In this document: piece by piece, positions 36,959 to 47,368 of the stretch | Position numbering within the stretch: position 1 is the stretch's first letter | Layout of the letters: each line of letters starts with the position of its first letter | Assembly: GCA_965197425.1 (NCBI GenBank) | Contig: CBDANC010000015.1 | Coordinates: forward strand, 320,001 to 384,000 | DNA from: Bdellovibrionales bacterium | GTDB lineage: Bacteria; Bdellovibrionota; Bdellovibrionia; Bdellovibrionales; JAUICD01 | DNA: 64,000 nt | Direction: 5' to 3' | Position numbers and translations under genes: made by a program | The notes under the pieces: generated by a model | What the model was told of the DNA's origin: nothing | What the model saw: the letters and a program-made list of their open reading frames with translations, nothing else | The model's database searches: none

Positions 36959-37020
36959 AATCAGTTGCCTGGTTACCGATATCAGTTCCCAGATAACAGA
37001 TCTAATCGATCATTCCGGAT
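36959..37020. repeat. Degenerate short repeats upstream of four-helix gene 2
   Basis: aatcagttgcc..atcagttcccagataacagatct..ttccggat; cagataacagatc also at about 36577 and 33397. Confidence 0.7.
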
Positions 37021-39917
37021 TAGAAGAGGGAAGGGGAATGAGATGTCTGTGGAGCAAATCCTCTTCTAGTGCTATTTTCGGTGATACATATTGGTTCCAA
37101 AAATTGTAACAAATAATCTTTACCACCAGTTTTACTACCAACACCAGATAATTTTATTCCACCAAATGGGTGTCTGTTTACCATTGCTCCAGTTATGTTC
37201 CTGTTTATATAAATATTACCAGCCTCCAAGTGTTCTGTAACATATTCTATATTCTTAGGGCTTCTGGAATATATTCCACCTGTGAGACCATAGATAGTGT
37301 GGTTGGCAATATCAACTGCATGAGAAATGTTATCTGCTTTTAGAACAGATAATACTGGTCCAAAAATTTCAATTTGTGCTACAAAACAGTCCTTTGATAC
37401 ATCCGTGAAAATAGTTGGAGGAACATAAAATCCACCTTCAATTTTTTCTCCCCGATAGCTTATAGTGTTTTTGGTTTTTTCAATAATAGAGTTGATTCTA
37501 TCAAAAGCATCCTGACTTATTACAGGTCCTAAATGTACCCTGGGATCGGATGCATTTTCTTGAACCAAACTTTTTGTGGTGTTAATCAATCTATCCACAA
37601 ATTTTTGGTAAATTTGGTCGAATACAATTACTCTGCTGCAAGCTGAACATTTTTGACCAGAAAATCCAAAAGCAGAAGTTACAACTCCATCCACTGCTTC
37701 ATCCAGGTCTGCATTTGAATCGACAATTATAGAGTTTTTACCACCCATCTCTATTATACATTTCTTAACACCCCTCTGCCCCTCCTTAGTTTTAGAGGCA
37801 GCATCAGCCATTGCCAAACCAACTTCTTTAGAACCTGTAAAAGCGATTAAACTCACATCCTTATGTTCAACCAAGGCCTTACCTATTGTTTCACCTACTC
37901 CAGGTAAAAAGTTTATCACTCCTTTAGGTAACACTTCATTTGCAATGTCCATAAACATAGAGGCAATAACAGAACTTTCTTCAGCAGGCTTCATCACGAC
38001 TGTATTACCCGAAACTACACTAGCAGCAGTCATACCAGAAAGTATAGCCAACGGAAAATTCCAAGGAGCTATAACAGCACAAACTCCCTTAGATAAATAT
38101 TTATATTTTGTATACTCTCCCTTTATATCTCCAACAAAAATATCACCGTCCAAATGTCTCATGTGTTTAGCGTAATATCTTAAAAAATCTATGGCTTCAG
38201 TGATATCTGCATAGGCTTCTTCCCATGGTTTTCCAACCTCTAGTGTCTGTATGGTTGCAAAATCAAATCTACTTTCTAATATTTTGTCAGCTAGTTTATC
38301 TATAAGATCTGCTCTTGTAGATACACTCTCATTTTTCCACAATTTGTGTGCCTTTTTAGCTTCTTCCACGGCATGATCCACATCTTCTATTCTAGCTAAG
38401 TGGATTTTTCCTACAATCTCGTTAGTTTTTGATGGATTTATACTATCTAGAATTTGACCTGTCTTTATATGCTTGCCACCAATTACTAAGGGGCACTCTT
38501 TGATCTGCTTTTTGTTTCTTTCCAACGCTTCTAAGAATAACCGCCTGTTTTTTTCAATAGTAAAATCTAAGATTGGTTCATTTTCAAAAATTTTTGGTTT
38601 TGGATCAGGTTCTTCGGTGAAAGTAGGTTTATTTAATAGAAGATTATTATCCTGCTTTTGCTCAAACTTACTTAACAAAAATGACTCATTGGAAGTATTT
38701 TCTAAAAGCCTTCTTACTAGATAAGCCATTCCAGGAATAAGTTCTCCTATAGGGACATACTCTCTTATCCGTACTTGTTTTTCTACTAAAGCTCTTTTTA
38801 TTTCATCAGCCATTCCGTATAGCATCTGAATTTCTATTTCTACCTTCTTTTGATTAGCATAAGCAATACCATGTGATATTGATCTCACATTGTGAGAACC
38901 AATCGCAAGATTCATATATTCGTGATTATCTATTATTAACTTTGTACACTCTTCAAAATTAAAATCAGAGTTTCCCTTAATAGTGTAAACAGGGATAGGC
39001 CAATTTCTCTGGTCAGCCATTATAATCTCATGATCCCAATAAGCTCCCTTTACCAACCTAACTGTTATAGGAGTTTTTCTTTCGTTAAGTATTTGGATTA
39101 ACTTTTCTATATCTGAGAATGAAGATTTTAAATAAGCCTGTATCACTATTCCTAAGTGTGGATACGCTTTAAACTCATCTTCCATTATTATCTCTCTAAA
39201 CACTTCTAAAGTAATGTCTTTTAGATCAAAATGTTCCATATCTATGTTTATAAAAACATCATTTTTAATTGCGTCTGCTAAAATTGGTCTTAAACTTTCT
39301 TTGATTCTATTTTTTGAATCTTCCCAAGCAGCTACTTTTATGTGATCACAGATGGAACTTAGTTTTACTGATAAATTGGTTTGTGGGATTTTTTCATTTT
39401 CCTGTTTGAACTCTTTTTGCTTTGAAAAATATTTAATTAAACTCAGGTATGCACTCTGATACATCAGAGCTTCTTCTTTATTTAATGTGGCTTCCCCCAA
39501 TAAATCCAGGGTAAAATGCAAATTATTTTTTCTTCTCTTAAGCAAGGTTTTTAAGGCATCCTTTTCATCTTTACCTGCAATAAAAATTTTGCCCATTTGA
39601 TTTACTTGCCTCTTTACACCAGCAGCTACGGCAGCGGGTAGTAACTTGCCCACACCTAAGCCAAGGCCAAACATTTTTGGTAAACCACCATCTTGGGCGA
39701 AGTATTCGTGTAAAGTATTATAGATCTCCTCACTAGTAGTTAAACTAGGAAGTACATCCACAAACCTAAACATGTTAGTCTTGATGGTTTCATTTTTTAC
39801 ACACATTCGCATCATTTGGCCATACCACCAGTCTTTATTAAAAAAAGACTTTGTGTCATCACCCATTAGCTTAAAAATTTCTAAGCCAGTTTGTTTTGTG
39901 TAGTACTCAGTATCCAT
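37020..39917 (-). CDS. putA: Bifunctional proline dehydrogenase / P5C dehydrogenase
   Basis: DLLGE, RLVKGAYWD, YLVRRLLENTSN; ALDH motifs PWNFP, FTGS, EMGGKN, GQKCSA. Confidence 0.96.
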   Translation of the reverse strand: MDTEYYTKQTGLEIFKLMGDDTKSFFNKDWWYGQMMRMCVKNETIKTNMFRFVDVLPSLTTSEEIYNTLHEYFAQDGGLPKMFGLGLGVGKLLPAAVAAGVKRQVNQMGKIFIAGKDEKDALKTLLKRRKNNLHFTLDLLGEATLNKEEALMYQSAYLSLIKYFSKQKEFKQENEKIPQTNLSVKLSSICDHIKVAAWEDSKNRIKESLRPILADAIKNDVFINIDMEHFDLKDITLEVFREIIMEDEFKAYPHLGIVIQAYLKSSFSDIEKLIQILNERKTPITVRLVKGAYWDHEIIMADQRNWPIPVYTIKGNSDFNFEECTKLIIDNHEYMNLAIGSHNVRSISHGIAYANQKKVEIEIQMLYGMADEIKRALVEKQVRIREYVPIGELIPGMAYLVRRLLENTSNESFLLSKFEQKQDNNLLLNKPTFTEEPDPKPKIFENEPILDFTIEKNRRLFLEALERNKKQIKECPLVIGGKHIKTGQILDSINPSKTNEIVGKIHLARIEDVDHAVEEAKKAHKLWKNESVSTRADLIDKLADKILESRFDFATIQTLEVGKPWEEAYADITEAIDFLRYYAKHMRHLDGDIFVGDIKGEYTKYKYLSKGVCAVIAPWNFPLAILSGMTAASVVSGNTVVMKPAEESSVIASMFMDIANEVLPKGVINFLPGVGETIGKALVEHKDVSLIAFTGSKEVGLAMADAASKTKEGQRGVKKCIIEMGGKNSIIVDSNADLDEAVDGVVTSAFGFSGQKCSACSRVIVFDQIYQKFVDRLINTTKSLVQENASDPRVHLGPVISQDAFDRINSIIEKTKNTISYRGEKIEGGFYVPPTIFTDVSKDCFVAQIEIFGPVLSVLKADNISHAVDIANHTIYGLTGGIYSRSPKNIEYVTEHLEAGNIYINRNITGAMVNRHPFGGIKLSGVGSKTGGKDYLLQFLEPICITENSTRRGFAPQTSHSPSLF

Positions 39918-40042
39918 TAATGTTTATGTCTCTAAAACAAAATTTCAGGATGTTGATTTACCACTTTGCTCTGTCAGTTGTCAATTTAAGCCTTAAGGCA
40001 CAGGCTATGGTTTATGACCTTTTTTCTTGTAAAGTTAAATAG

Positions 40043-40963
40043 TTAAGTAGTTTTAGTTCTTAAAAAAGTTTCTTTAGCTTTTTCTATATCGCTTTCTATT
40101 TGAGCTATTAGATCTTTTGTTGAATTAAACTTTTTCTCTTCTCTTAGGTAATTATAGAAATCTAATTTAACTTCGGAGCCATAAATATCTTTATTGAAAT
40201 TCATTAGGTGTGTTTCAACATGTTTTTTGTTTTCTTCCGAAAAAGTTGGTCTGTGACCAATATTAGTAACTGAATTATAGGAACGGTTCTCAACATATGT
40301 TTTTGTGACATAGACTCCGTTTTTAGGTAATAAACTTGTTGTGGTTTTTAGGTTCATGGTAGGAAAACCTAGCAATTTCCCTCGGTTTTCACCCCTGATG
40401 ACCGTGCCTCTTATTGAATATGGTTCGCCTAAAAGATCGTTTGTAGATTCTATATTTTCCAGAATGGTTTTTCTTATCAAGGTACTTGAAACAATGTGAT
40501 CATTTATTTTGAATGGTTCTATGAGCTTTAGTTCGAAGTTAAACTTTTTTGCAAAATTAGTGAGGCTGGAGGTATTACCTTCCCTTTTATGTCCAAACGC
40601 AAAATCATGACCTATCACCAAACACTTTGGGTTAAGTGATCCTACGATAAGTTTAACAAAATCTTCTGCACTAACTTGAGATAGCTCTTTATTAAATTTT
40701 AATACCACAAGATAATCTATGCTTTGGTTTTTGATTTTTTCTTTCTGTAATTTTAAATCAGTGATTCTTAAAATTTTTCTGTTAAAAAATTCACCAGGAT
40801 GAGGATCAAATATTATAACTACACTAGGTACATTGTAATAAGCACTTTTAGTTTTTAATTTAGAAAAAATGTACTTATGACCTTTGTGAACTCCATCAAA
40901 AGAGCCAATAGTTACAACCGAAGAATGCAGTAGTTTGTCTTTAAGGCTGGTTATGATTTCCAA
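40043..40963 (-). CDS. ribF: Bifunctional riboflavin kinase / FAD synthetase
   Basis: GSFDGVHKGH, GHDFAFG, VSSTLIR, GFPTMN, NIGHRPTF. Confidence 0.96.
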   Translation of the reverse strand: MEIITSLKDKLLHSSVVTIGSFDGVHKGHKYIFSKLKTKSAYYNVPSVVIIFDPHPGEFFNRKILRITDLKLQKEKIKNQSIDYLVVLKFNKELSQVSAEDFVKLIVGSLNPKCLVIGHDFAFGHKREGNTSSLTNFAKKFNFELKLIEPFKINDHIVSSTLIRKTILENIESTNDLLGEPYSIRGTVIRGENRGKLLGFPTMNLKTTTSLLPKNGVYVTKTYVENRSYNSVTNIGHRPTFSEENKKHVETHLMNFNKDIYGSEVKLDFYNYLREEKKFNSTKDLIAQIESDIEKAKETFLRTKTT

Positions 40964-41144
40964 TTTATGAATCCCAGTTAAAAAAGTTGTAAATTACTTT
41001 GTAAGCTTGGTAAAAACAAAACATTTTAAAGATGTAATCTTGATTGCTGTGTGTCAAGCTTGGTTTTTATCTATTCATCTTCAAGGCTTGGCGAATTTTG
41101 TTGCCAGATCCCAGACTGCCAGTTTGCCTGAGTGCCTATCTGGT

Positions 41145-41379
41145 GAAGACCTTTAGTAACTTAAGTCATATTATACCTACAGAGCTGGGCAACCCTGATA
41201 CTGAAAGTACCTTAGCTACACTTGTGCTTCGCACTGCACTTCGCTAAGGCAACTTTCAGTTTCAGTGAAGACCTTTAGTGTCATATTTTTTATTTGCATT
41301 TTGAGTGGTGGTGAGCGAAGAGTTTTGTTTGTGTGGGACGGGATCAGCATGTGTCCAGTGTTGGATTAGGAAGACCTTT
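41145..41379 (+). repeat. Modular intergenic repeat, locus G (ends at the DEDD exonuclease ATG)
   Basis: gaagaccttt x3, cagagctgggcaac, ctgaaagt..actttcag hairpin, acgggatcagcat, ttaggaagaccttt-ATG. Confidence 0.9.
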
Positions 41380-41988
41380 ATGTTTGTAGCGTTTGATTTA
41401 GAAACTACCGGTTTTATGCCTGGGGTTGATCGTATAATTGAAATAGGAGCAGTTAAATTTGATGGGCTAAAGCCTATAGATGCTTTTGTAAGCCTCGTAA
41501 ATCCTAGAATGGAAATACCACAATCATCAACCGACATAACCGGCATTACGAACGAAATGGTAAAAGATAATCCTCCTATAGAAAATTTGCTAGATGGGTT
41601 TGCCAAGTTTTGTAGCGGGCATCTGATGGTTGCACACAACGCCCCATTTGATTTTCAGTTTTTGGTAGAGGACATAAAAAGATATGAATCAAATTCACCC
41701 ACCAACTATATATTTGATACCTGCTCTATTTCTAGAAAAGTTTTTCCAGGGCTTATTAACTATAAATTAGGAACACTCACACATTATCTAAAAATTAAAT
41801 CCTCTGGATTTCATCGAGCAAAACAAGATGCAACCCTATGTGGGTATGTATTTGTAAATATCTTAAAAAAGATTAAAATGGAAGACTCAAGCATTGAGCT
41901 TTTTGATGCTTTAGCTAAACTTAGTAAAAATCCTCCACTAAAATTCCCTAAAATCCATAAAATTCATAAACAAGCCACATTATTTTGA
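41380..41988 (+). CDS. DEDDh 3'-5' exonuclease (DNA Pol III epsilon/DnaQ-like)
   Basis: FDLETTG, AHNAPFD, HRAKQDA; start ATG 41380. Confidence 0.9.
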   Translation: MFVAFDLETTGFMPGVDRIIEIGAVKFDGLKPIDAFVSLVNPRMEIPQSSTDITGITNEMVKDNPPIENLLDGFAKFCSGHLMVAHNAPFDFQFLVEDIKRYESNSPTNYIFDTCSISRKVFPGLINYKLGTLTHYLKIKSSGFHRAKQDATLCGYVFVNILKKIKMEDSSIELFDALAKLSKNPPLKFPKIHKIHKQATLF

Positions 41989-41990
41989 TA

Positions 41991-42287
41991 TAAAGGTCTT
42001 CGCTAAAACTGAAAGTTGCCCAGGCGAAATGCAGTGCAAAGCACAAATGTAGCCAAGGTACTTTCAGTATTAGAGTTGCCCAGCTCTGGACACTGATGCC
42101 GATCCCGTTACATAAGGTCTTCCGAACGAGACAAAAATAAGGAGGCTACGCCTACTTTGGTTCAATTGGCTCACGGGATAAATCTTTATATTATCCAATT
42201 GAAATAACCTCCCTGTGGTCGGTTTTTTATCCGAGTGGTTGCCCGGCTCTGGAACAAGATGCTGATCCCGTCACACAAAGATTTTCC
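41991..42287 (-). repeat. Modular intergenic repeat, locus H (two units, reverse orientation, carries the 66-bp unit)
   Basis: taaaggtcttc...gttgcccagctctggacactgatgccgatcccgt...aggtcttcc...gttgcccggctctgg. Confidence 0.92.
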
Positions 42288-42497
42288 TATGTCCGTCTGA
42301 CTGATTGTCACTGTTCCCAGCCTGCCTGTTTGCCAGATCCAGAGATCATTTATTTTTAGTTGATTATTTGGTTGGATTTGTGTATGGATTTGTTCTGGTT
42401 ACATATTTTTGTAACTTTCCCTTGGCTTCCCTTGATTTTGTTATATTTGTTTTCGGTGGTCTGTGAGCCTCTGGGTTTTATTATTTTGGTGTTGTAT

Positions 42498-42998
42498 ATG
42501 GATTTAAGGCAACTAATAGAAGGTGTTTGTAAGGATGTGGGTGTACTATTGTATGATTTTCAATCTGTCTATTTGAAGGGTGGTACTAAGAAGTTGATGG
42601 TTTATTTGGATAAGGATGATCCTAAGGTTAGTGGTATTACAGTTGATGATTGTGCCACCGTCTCCAGACAAATAAGTTCAAAGCTGGGCGCCTTAAAAGA
42701 GCCTAGGGATAACTATTCTTTGGAGGTATCCAGCCCTGGGATCGATAGGATCCTCAGAGAATCTTGGCACTTTAAGAGAGTTATTGGTAGAAGTGTGACT
42801 GTTGAAACTTCTGCTAATATTGCGCTGGATGGTAGAAATTGTCGTAAGTTTAAAGGTAGGTTACTTCAGGCAGATGACAATGAAATAGTTGTCTCTAACG
42901 GAGGTGTGAAATTAACGATTCCGATTGTCGACATTAAGAAAGCTAGATTAAACGGGCAAGAGGAACTTAACAAGAAAGGATTATCTTATGTCAGCTGA
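42498..42998 (+). CDS. rimP: Ribosome maturation factor RimP
   Basis: GITVDDCATVSR, YSLEVSSPGIDR; upstream of nusA; start ATG 42498. Confidence 0.95.
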   Translation: MDLRQLIEGVCKDVGVLLYDFQSVYLKGGTKKLMVYLDKDDPKVSGITVDDCATVSRQISSKLGALKEPRDNYSLEVSSPGIDRILRESWHFKRVIGRSVTVETSANIALDGRNCRKFKGRLLQADDNEIVVSNGGVKLTIPIVDIKKARLNGQEELNKKGLSYVS

Positions 42999-44505
42999 AT
43001 TTTCTGATTTAGCAAAAATGATCGATACAATAGGTAGGGAAAAGGGCATTGACCGCAACCTTATAGTAGATGCCATCTCTCAAGGTATGCTAATGGCAGC
43101 AAGGAAAAAGTATGGCACTTATAGAGAGATAGAAGCTTCTTATAACGAAGAGATGGGAGAAGTTGAACTATATGAGTTTAAGGAAGTTGTAAAGCCTGAG
43201 AATTTTGTAGACGAAGAAGTTGAGATAAAGTTAGAGGATGGAAGAGAACTGGATCCGGAGTGCCAGGTTGGAGATTATATAGGTGTTAAACTAGATTCAT
43301 CTGATCTAGGTAGAATTGCAGTTCAAACTGCAAGACAAATTATTACTCAGAAAGTACGTGATGCTGAAAAGGATATAATCTTTCAAGAATTTGAAGAACG
43401 TCGAGGTGAAATAGCTTCCGGTACCGTTAGAAGAGTCGAAAGAAGGTATGGCTCTACCACAGGTGGAACTGTGATAATTGATTTTGGAAGAACCGAAGCT
43501 TATCTACCTCAAAGAGAACAAATTCCAGGGGAGATTTACAAGCAAGGAGACAGAGTTCAAGGGTATATTGCCGATGTTAGGCAGGCTACCAAAGGCCCTC
43601 AGATTATAATGTCCAGAGCTGATGAACAGTACATGGTAAAGCTTTTTGAAATAGAAGTCCCTGAGATACACGACGGAATAGTCGAAATAGTCTCTGCTGC
43701 TAGGGAACCTGGTGCTAGAGCAAAAATTGCGGTTATATCTAAGGACAGTGCAGTGGATCCTGTAGGTGCATGTGTTGGAATGAAAGGTATTAGAGTACAA
43801 AATATTGTTCAAGAGCTACAGGGTGAAAAGATAGACATCATCCCATATGATCAAGATGTCACTAAGTTTGTGTGTAATGCTCTTCAACCTTCTGAAGTAT
43901 CTAAGGTTTTTATAGACGATGAAAATAAAGAGATGGAAGTTGTTGTTCCTGATGCTCAGCTAAGTTTAGCTATTGGAAAGAAAGGGCAGAATGTTAGGTT
44001 AGCCGCAAAACTTACAGGTTGGCATATAGATATAATTTCAGAATCTGATGTAGCCCTTAGACAAAAAGAAGCCATATTTAATTTGATGATGTTGCCTGAT
44101 ATGACAGAAACCATGGCTCAAAGTATATATCAATGTGGATTTAGTACATTTGAAATATTAGCCCATTCAAGTTTGGAAAATGTGCAGACCATACCCGGCT
44201 ATAACGAAAAATCAGCTCAAAAATTAATTGAAGATGCCAAAGCTTTAATTAAAAAATTCGAAGATGAAGGTAAGGAAATTCCAACCCTTGTAAAAGAAAG
44301 TGCCCCTGACAAATCTGAGGAACAAACTAAAAAGGAAAAAGAAGCAAAAGCCACAAAAACCTCAGATTTAGGAAGTAAAAATGGTTCTAATAGCACAGCC
44401 AGTGCAGATGCCAAGGAACAAGCTGAAGAGCGATTGAGAGAAGATATCAAAAATACTGAAGAGAGTAATAAAATAAAAGAAGCTGAAGAGAGTAACAGCA
44501 ATTAA
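42988..44505 (+). CDS. nusA: Transcription termination factor NusA
   Basis: S1+KH domains: AREPGARAKIAV, DPVGACVGMKG, SLAIGKKGQNVRLAAKLTGW. Confidence 0.97.
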   Translation: MSAEFSDLAKMIDTIGREKGIDRNLIVDAISQGMLMAARKKYGTYREIEASYNEEMGEVELYEFKEVVKPENFVDEEVEIKLEDGRELDPECQVGDYIGVKLDSSDLGRIAVQTARQIITQKVRDAEKDIIFQEFEERRGEIASGTVRRVERRYGSTTGGTVIIDFGRTEAYLPQREQIPGEIYKQGDRVQGYIADVRQATKGPQIIMSRADEQYMVKLFEIEVPEIHDGIVEIVSAAREPGARAKIAVISKDSAVDPVGACVGMKGIRVQNIVQELQGEKIDIIPYDQDVTKFVCNALQPSEVSKVFIDDENKEMEVVVPDAQLSLAIGKKGQNVRLAAKLTGWHIDIISESDVALRQKEAIFNLMMLPDMTETMAQSIYQCGFSTFEILAHSSLENVQTIPGYNEKSAQKLIEDAKALIKKFEDEGKEIPTLVKESAPDKSEEQTKKEKEAKATKTSDLGSKNGSNSTASADAKEQAEERLREDIKNTEESNKIKEAEESNSN

Positions 44506-44518
44506 GGTAGGAGACCTA

Positions 44519-47308
44519 GTGCAAGGTAAGAAAAAAGTTTATGAATTAGCCAAAGAACTTGGTATTGACAGTAAGAGTTTGATGCAAAAGCTTGCAAATA
44601 TGAAACTTGCGGTAAAAAGTCACATGTCTTCTCTAGAACCTGATGTGGTAAAAAAGGTATCAGAGTCTTTAAAACAACAAGACAAACCAAAAGCAATCAA
44701 AACAAAAAAAGTAAAAACAAAACAACCCAAAAAAGTTGAAACCAAAAAAACCAAAAAAACTAAAAAAATTAAAAAAATTAAAAAAATTAAAAAAACTAAA
44801 GCAAAAACTACTAGTAAGGATGTAGTAGTAAAGCCAAAAACATCTTTTGAAAAAAAGAAGGTTTTTGAGCTAGCCAGAGAAATTGGCTTAGACACCATCA
44901 CTTTAATGGGCAAGCTTAAAGCTTGGAAGTTAGCACCCAAAAGTCATATGTCTGTTTTGGATAGTGAAACCCTGGGAAAGGTATATGAGCTACTAGAGGA
45001 TGAAAAAGATAAAAAGGTAGAAGTTAAAAGAGTCGTAAAGAAAGTTGTAAAGAAAATTTCCAAGAAGGTAATCAGAAGAACAGCTAGCAGTGTTCCATCA
45101 GTAAAACAGGCGGAAGAAAGAGCAAGAAAGCAAAAAGAAATAGAAGAGGCACAGAAAGAGGCAGAAGCAGAGCCAGATACTAAAACAGAAGATAGATCTA
45201 AAACTCGAACTACCAGAAAAAATATTGTAGGAAAAATTGATTTAAGTCGTGTAGCAAAACCAGCTAAAAAAGATTCTGAAAAAGTAAGGGCTGGTAAGCC
45301 TTATTCAAAAGCCAATGTCCCAGTTCATCCCTCTCCTAGCTCTGATAAAAGAGATACTAAAAAACGTACATCTAGCTTAGATAAGAATGTAGAGACCACT
45401 GTAAGTCAAAAACGAGAAGAAGAAGTCCCACAGTTTGTAGGCTCTGAGTTTAGAAAAAGAGAAGTTCTGTTTCAACCAAAAAAAAGAAAAATGGTTTTAA
45501 ACAGAGAGTCTAAAAAAACCCTGATTACCACCCCTTCTGCTAAAAAAAGGGTTGTAAAAATTTATGGAAGTATAACAGTGGCAGAACTTGCAAAAAATAT
45601 GTCTGTTAAAGTGCCTGAGTTAATTTCTGTTTTGGCTAAAAATGGAGTAGAAGCAAATATAAACTATGAGCTTGATTATGATACAGCAAGCTTAATTGCT
45701 CCAGAGTTTAAGCATGAAGTTGTGAATGTTAAAAGATCCCTTGAAGATATAACAGACATTGCTGCTTTTGGAGATTTAGATGCCAAAAAGGTAAAGAGAT
45801 CTCCCATTGTGACAGTAATGGGACATGTTGATCATGGAAAAACAACCCTACTAGACACAATCAGAAAGACAAATGTAGCTTCGAAGGAAGCTGGTGGTAT
45901 CACTCAGCACATAGGTGCTTATTCAGTTGATCTTGGTGACAATAAACAAATAACTTTTGTAGATACTCCTGGCCACGAAGCGTTTACTGCAATGAGAGTT
46001 CGTGGTGCAAATGTAACAGATATAGTTATAATTGTGGTAGCGGTCGACGACGGCTTTATGCCTCAAACTGTAGAAGCCATAAACCATGCAAAAGCTGCCA
46101 ATGTTCCTATAATAATTGCTATCAATAAAATGGATAAACCAGGAGTAGATGTAGAAAAGATCAAACAAAAAGCTACGGAGTTTGAGTTGGTTCCTGAAGA
46201 GTGGGGTGGAACTACCATGTTCTCTCCTATAAGTGCCAAAACAGGTGATGGTGTAAGTGATCTATTAGAACATATTGTACTTGTAGCAGAGATGGCAGAG
46301 CTTCGCTGTAACCCTAAAAGATCTGGTGTGGGAGTGGTTTTGGAAGCCCAAGTTAAATCTGGTAGAGGTAATGTAGCTACCTTGTTGGTACAAGACGGCA
46401 CTATTAGTGTGGGGCAATATATCTGTGCTGGGACCATTAAAGGTAAAGTTAGAGCTATAATAAGTGATAAGGGTAAAAATATTAAATCTGCAGGCCCTGG
46501 TAAGCCAGTGGAAATTTTAGGCCTTGATCAAACTCCAAGTGCTGGAGATAAATTTTATATCTGTAAAAGTGAAAAGGGCGCCAGTTTAATTGTGGATAAG
46601 ATGAAGGAAGGTGTTAGTAAAGATGCTGTGCCTGACTCTAAAATGTCATTGGATGATTTATTTTCAAAGATAACTTCTTCTGACATGATCACCCTGCCCA
46701 TTGTAGTAAAAACTGATGTTGCTGGTACCGGTGAAGCTATTAAACAAGTGCTAAATAAAATATCTAATCCAGAAGTGCAGGTTAAAGTTGTACACAGTGC
46801 GGTTGGTGGTATAAGTGAGTCTGATGTTTTGCTAGCTTCTAGTGTTAAAGGCATAGTAGTTGGTTTTAATGTTAGACCAGACTCGGCGGCCCTCAATATC
46901 TCAAGTGCTAAAGGTATTGAAATAAAAACATACAATGTAGTGTATGAACTATTAGATGATATTGAAAAAGCAATACAAGGACTACTGAAACCAGAAATAA
47001 AAGAAAATATCGTAGGACATCTGGAAGTAAGAAATGTGTTTTCAGTTCCAAAAACCGGCACAATAGCAGGATGTTTTGTGCTAGATGGTAAAGTAAATAG
47101 AACCTCCAAACTAAGACTAATTAGACAAGGAAGTTCTATCTACGAAGGAAATGTTGGAAGCTTAAAAAGATTTAAAGATGATGTGAAAGAAGTGCTCACA
47201 GGATTTGAATGTGGGGTAAAAATCGAAGGATATAACGATATTAAAGTAGAAGACACAATAGAAGCTTACGAAATGATAGAAACCCAACCTACGGGTGGAG
47301 GCATTTGA
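44519..47308 (+). CDS. infB: Translation initiation factor IF-2
   Basis: [32 protein letters not shown]-terminal SLKRFKDDV. Confidence 0.98.
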   Translation: MQGKKKVYELAKELGIDSKSLMQKLANMKLAVKSHMSSLEPDVVKKVSESLKQQDKPKAIKTKKVKTKQPKKVETKKTKKTKKIKKIKKIKKTKAKTTSKDVVVKPKTSFEKKKVFELAREIGLDTITLMGKLKAWKLAPKSHMSVLDSETLGKVYELLEDEKDKKVEVKRVVKKVVKKISKKVIRRTASSVPSVKQAEERARKQKEIEEAQKEAEAEPDTKTEDRSKTRTTRKNIVGKIDLSRVAKPAKKDSEKVRAGKPYSKANVPVHPSPSSDKRDTKKRTSSLDKNVETTVSQKREEEVPQFVGSEFRKREVLFQPKKRKMVLNRESKKTLITTPSAKKRVVKIYGSITVAELAKNMSVKVPELISVLAKNGVEANINYELDYDTASLIAPEFKHEVVNVKRSLEDITDIAAFGDLDAKKVKRSPIVTVMGHVDHGKTTLLDTIRKTNVASKEAGGITQHIGAYSVDLGDNKQITFVDTPGHEAFTAMRVRGANVTDIVIIVVAVDDGFMPQTVEAINHAKAANVPIIIAINKMDKPGVDVEKIKQKATEFELVPEEWGGTTMFSPISAKTGDGVSDLLEHIVLVAEMAELRCNPKRSGVGVVLEAQVKSGRGNVATLLVQDGTISVGQYICAGTIKGKVRAIISDKGKNIKSAGPGKPVEILGLDQTPSAGDKFYICKSEKGASLIVDKMKEGVSKDAVPDSKMSLDDLFSKITSSDMITLPIVVKTDVAGTGEAIKQVLNKISNPEVQVKVVHSAVGGISESDVLLASSVKGIVVGFNVRPDSAALNISSAKGIEIKTYNVVYELLDDIEKAIQGLLKPEIKENIVGHLEVRNVFSVPKTGTIAGCFVLDGKVNRTSKLRLIRQGSSIYEGNVGSLKRFKDDVKEVLTGFECGVKIEGYNDIKVEDTIEAYEMIETQPTGGGI
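44741..44800 (+). repeat. 9-bp coding tandem repeat (TKK/IKK units) in the infB linker
   Basis: accaaaaaa x2, actaaaaaa, attaaaaaa x3, actaaa. Confidence 0.9.
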
Positions 47309-47368
47309 TGGAAGTTAAAACAGACATTATATTTTGTATTCTACCAATTAAATACCTGCACCTGTAAG

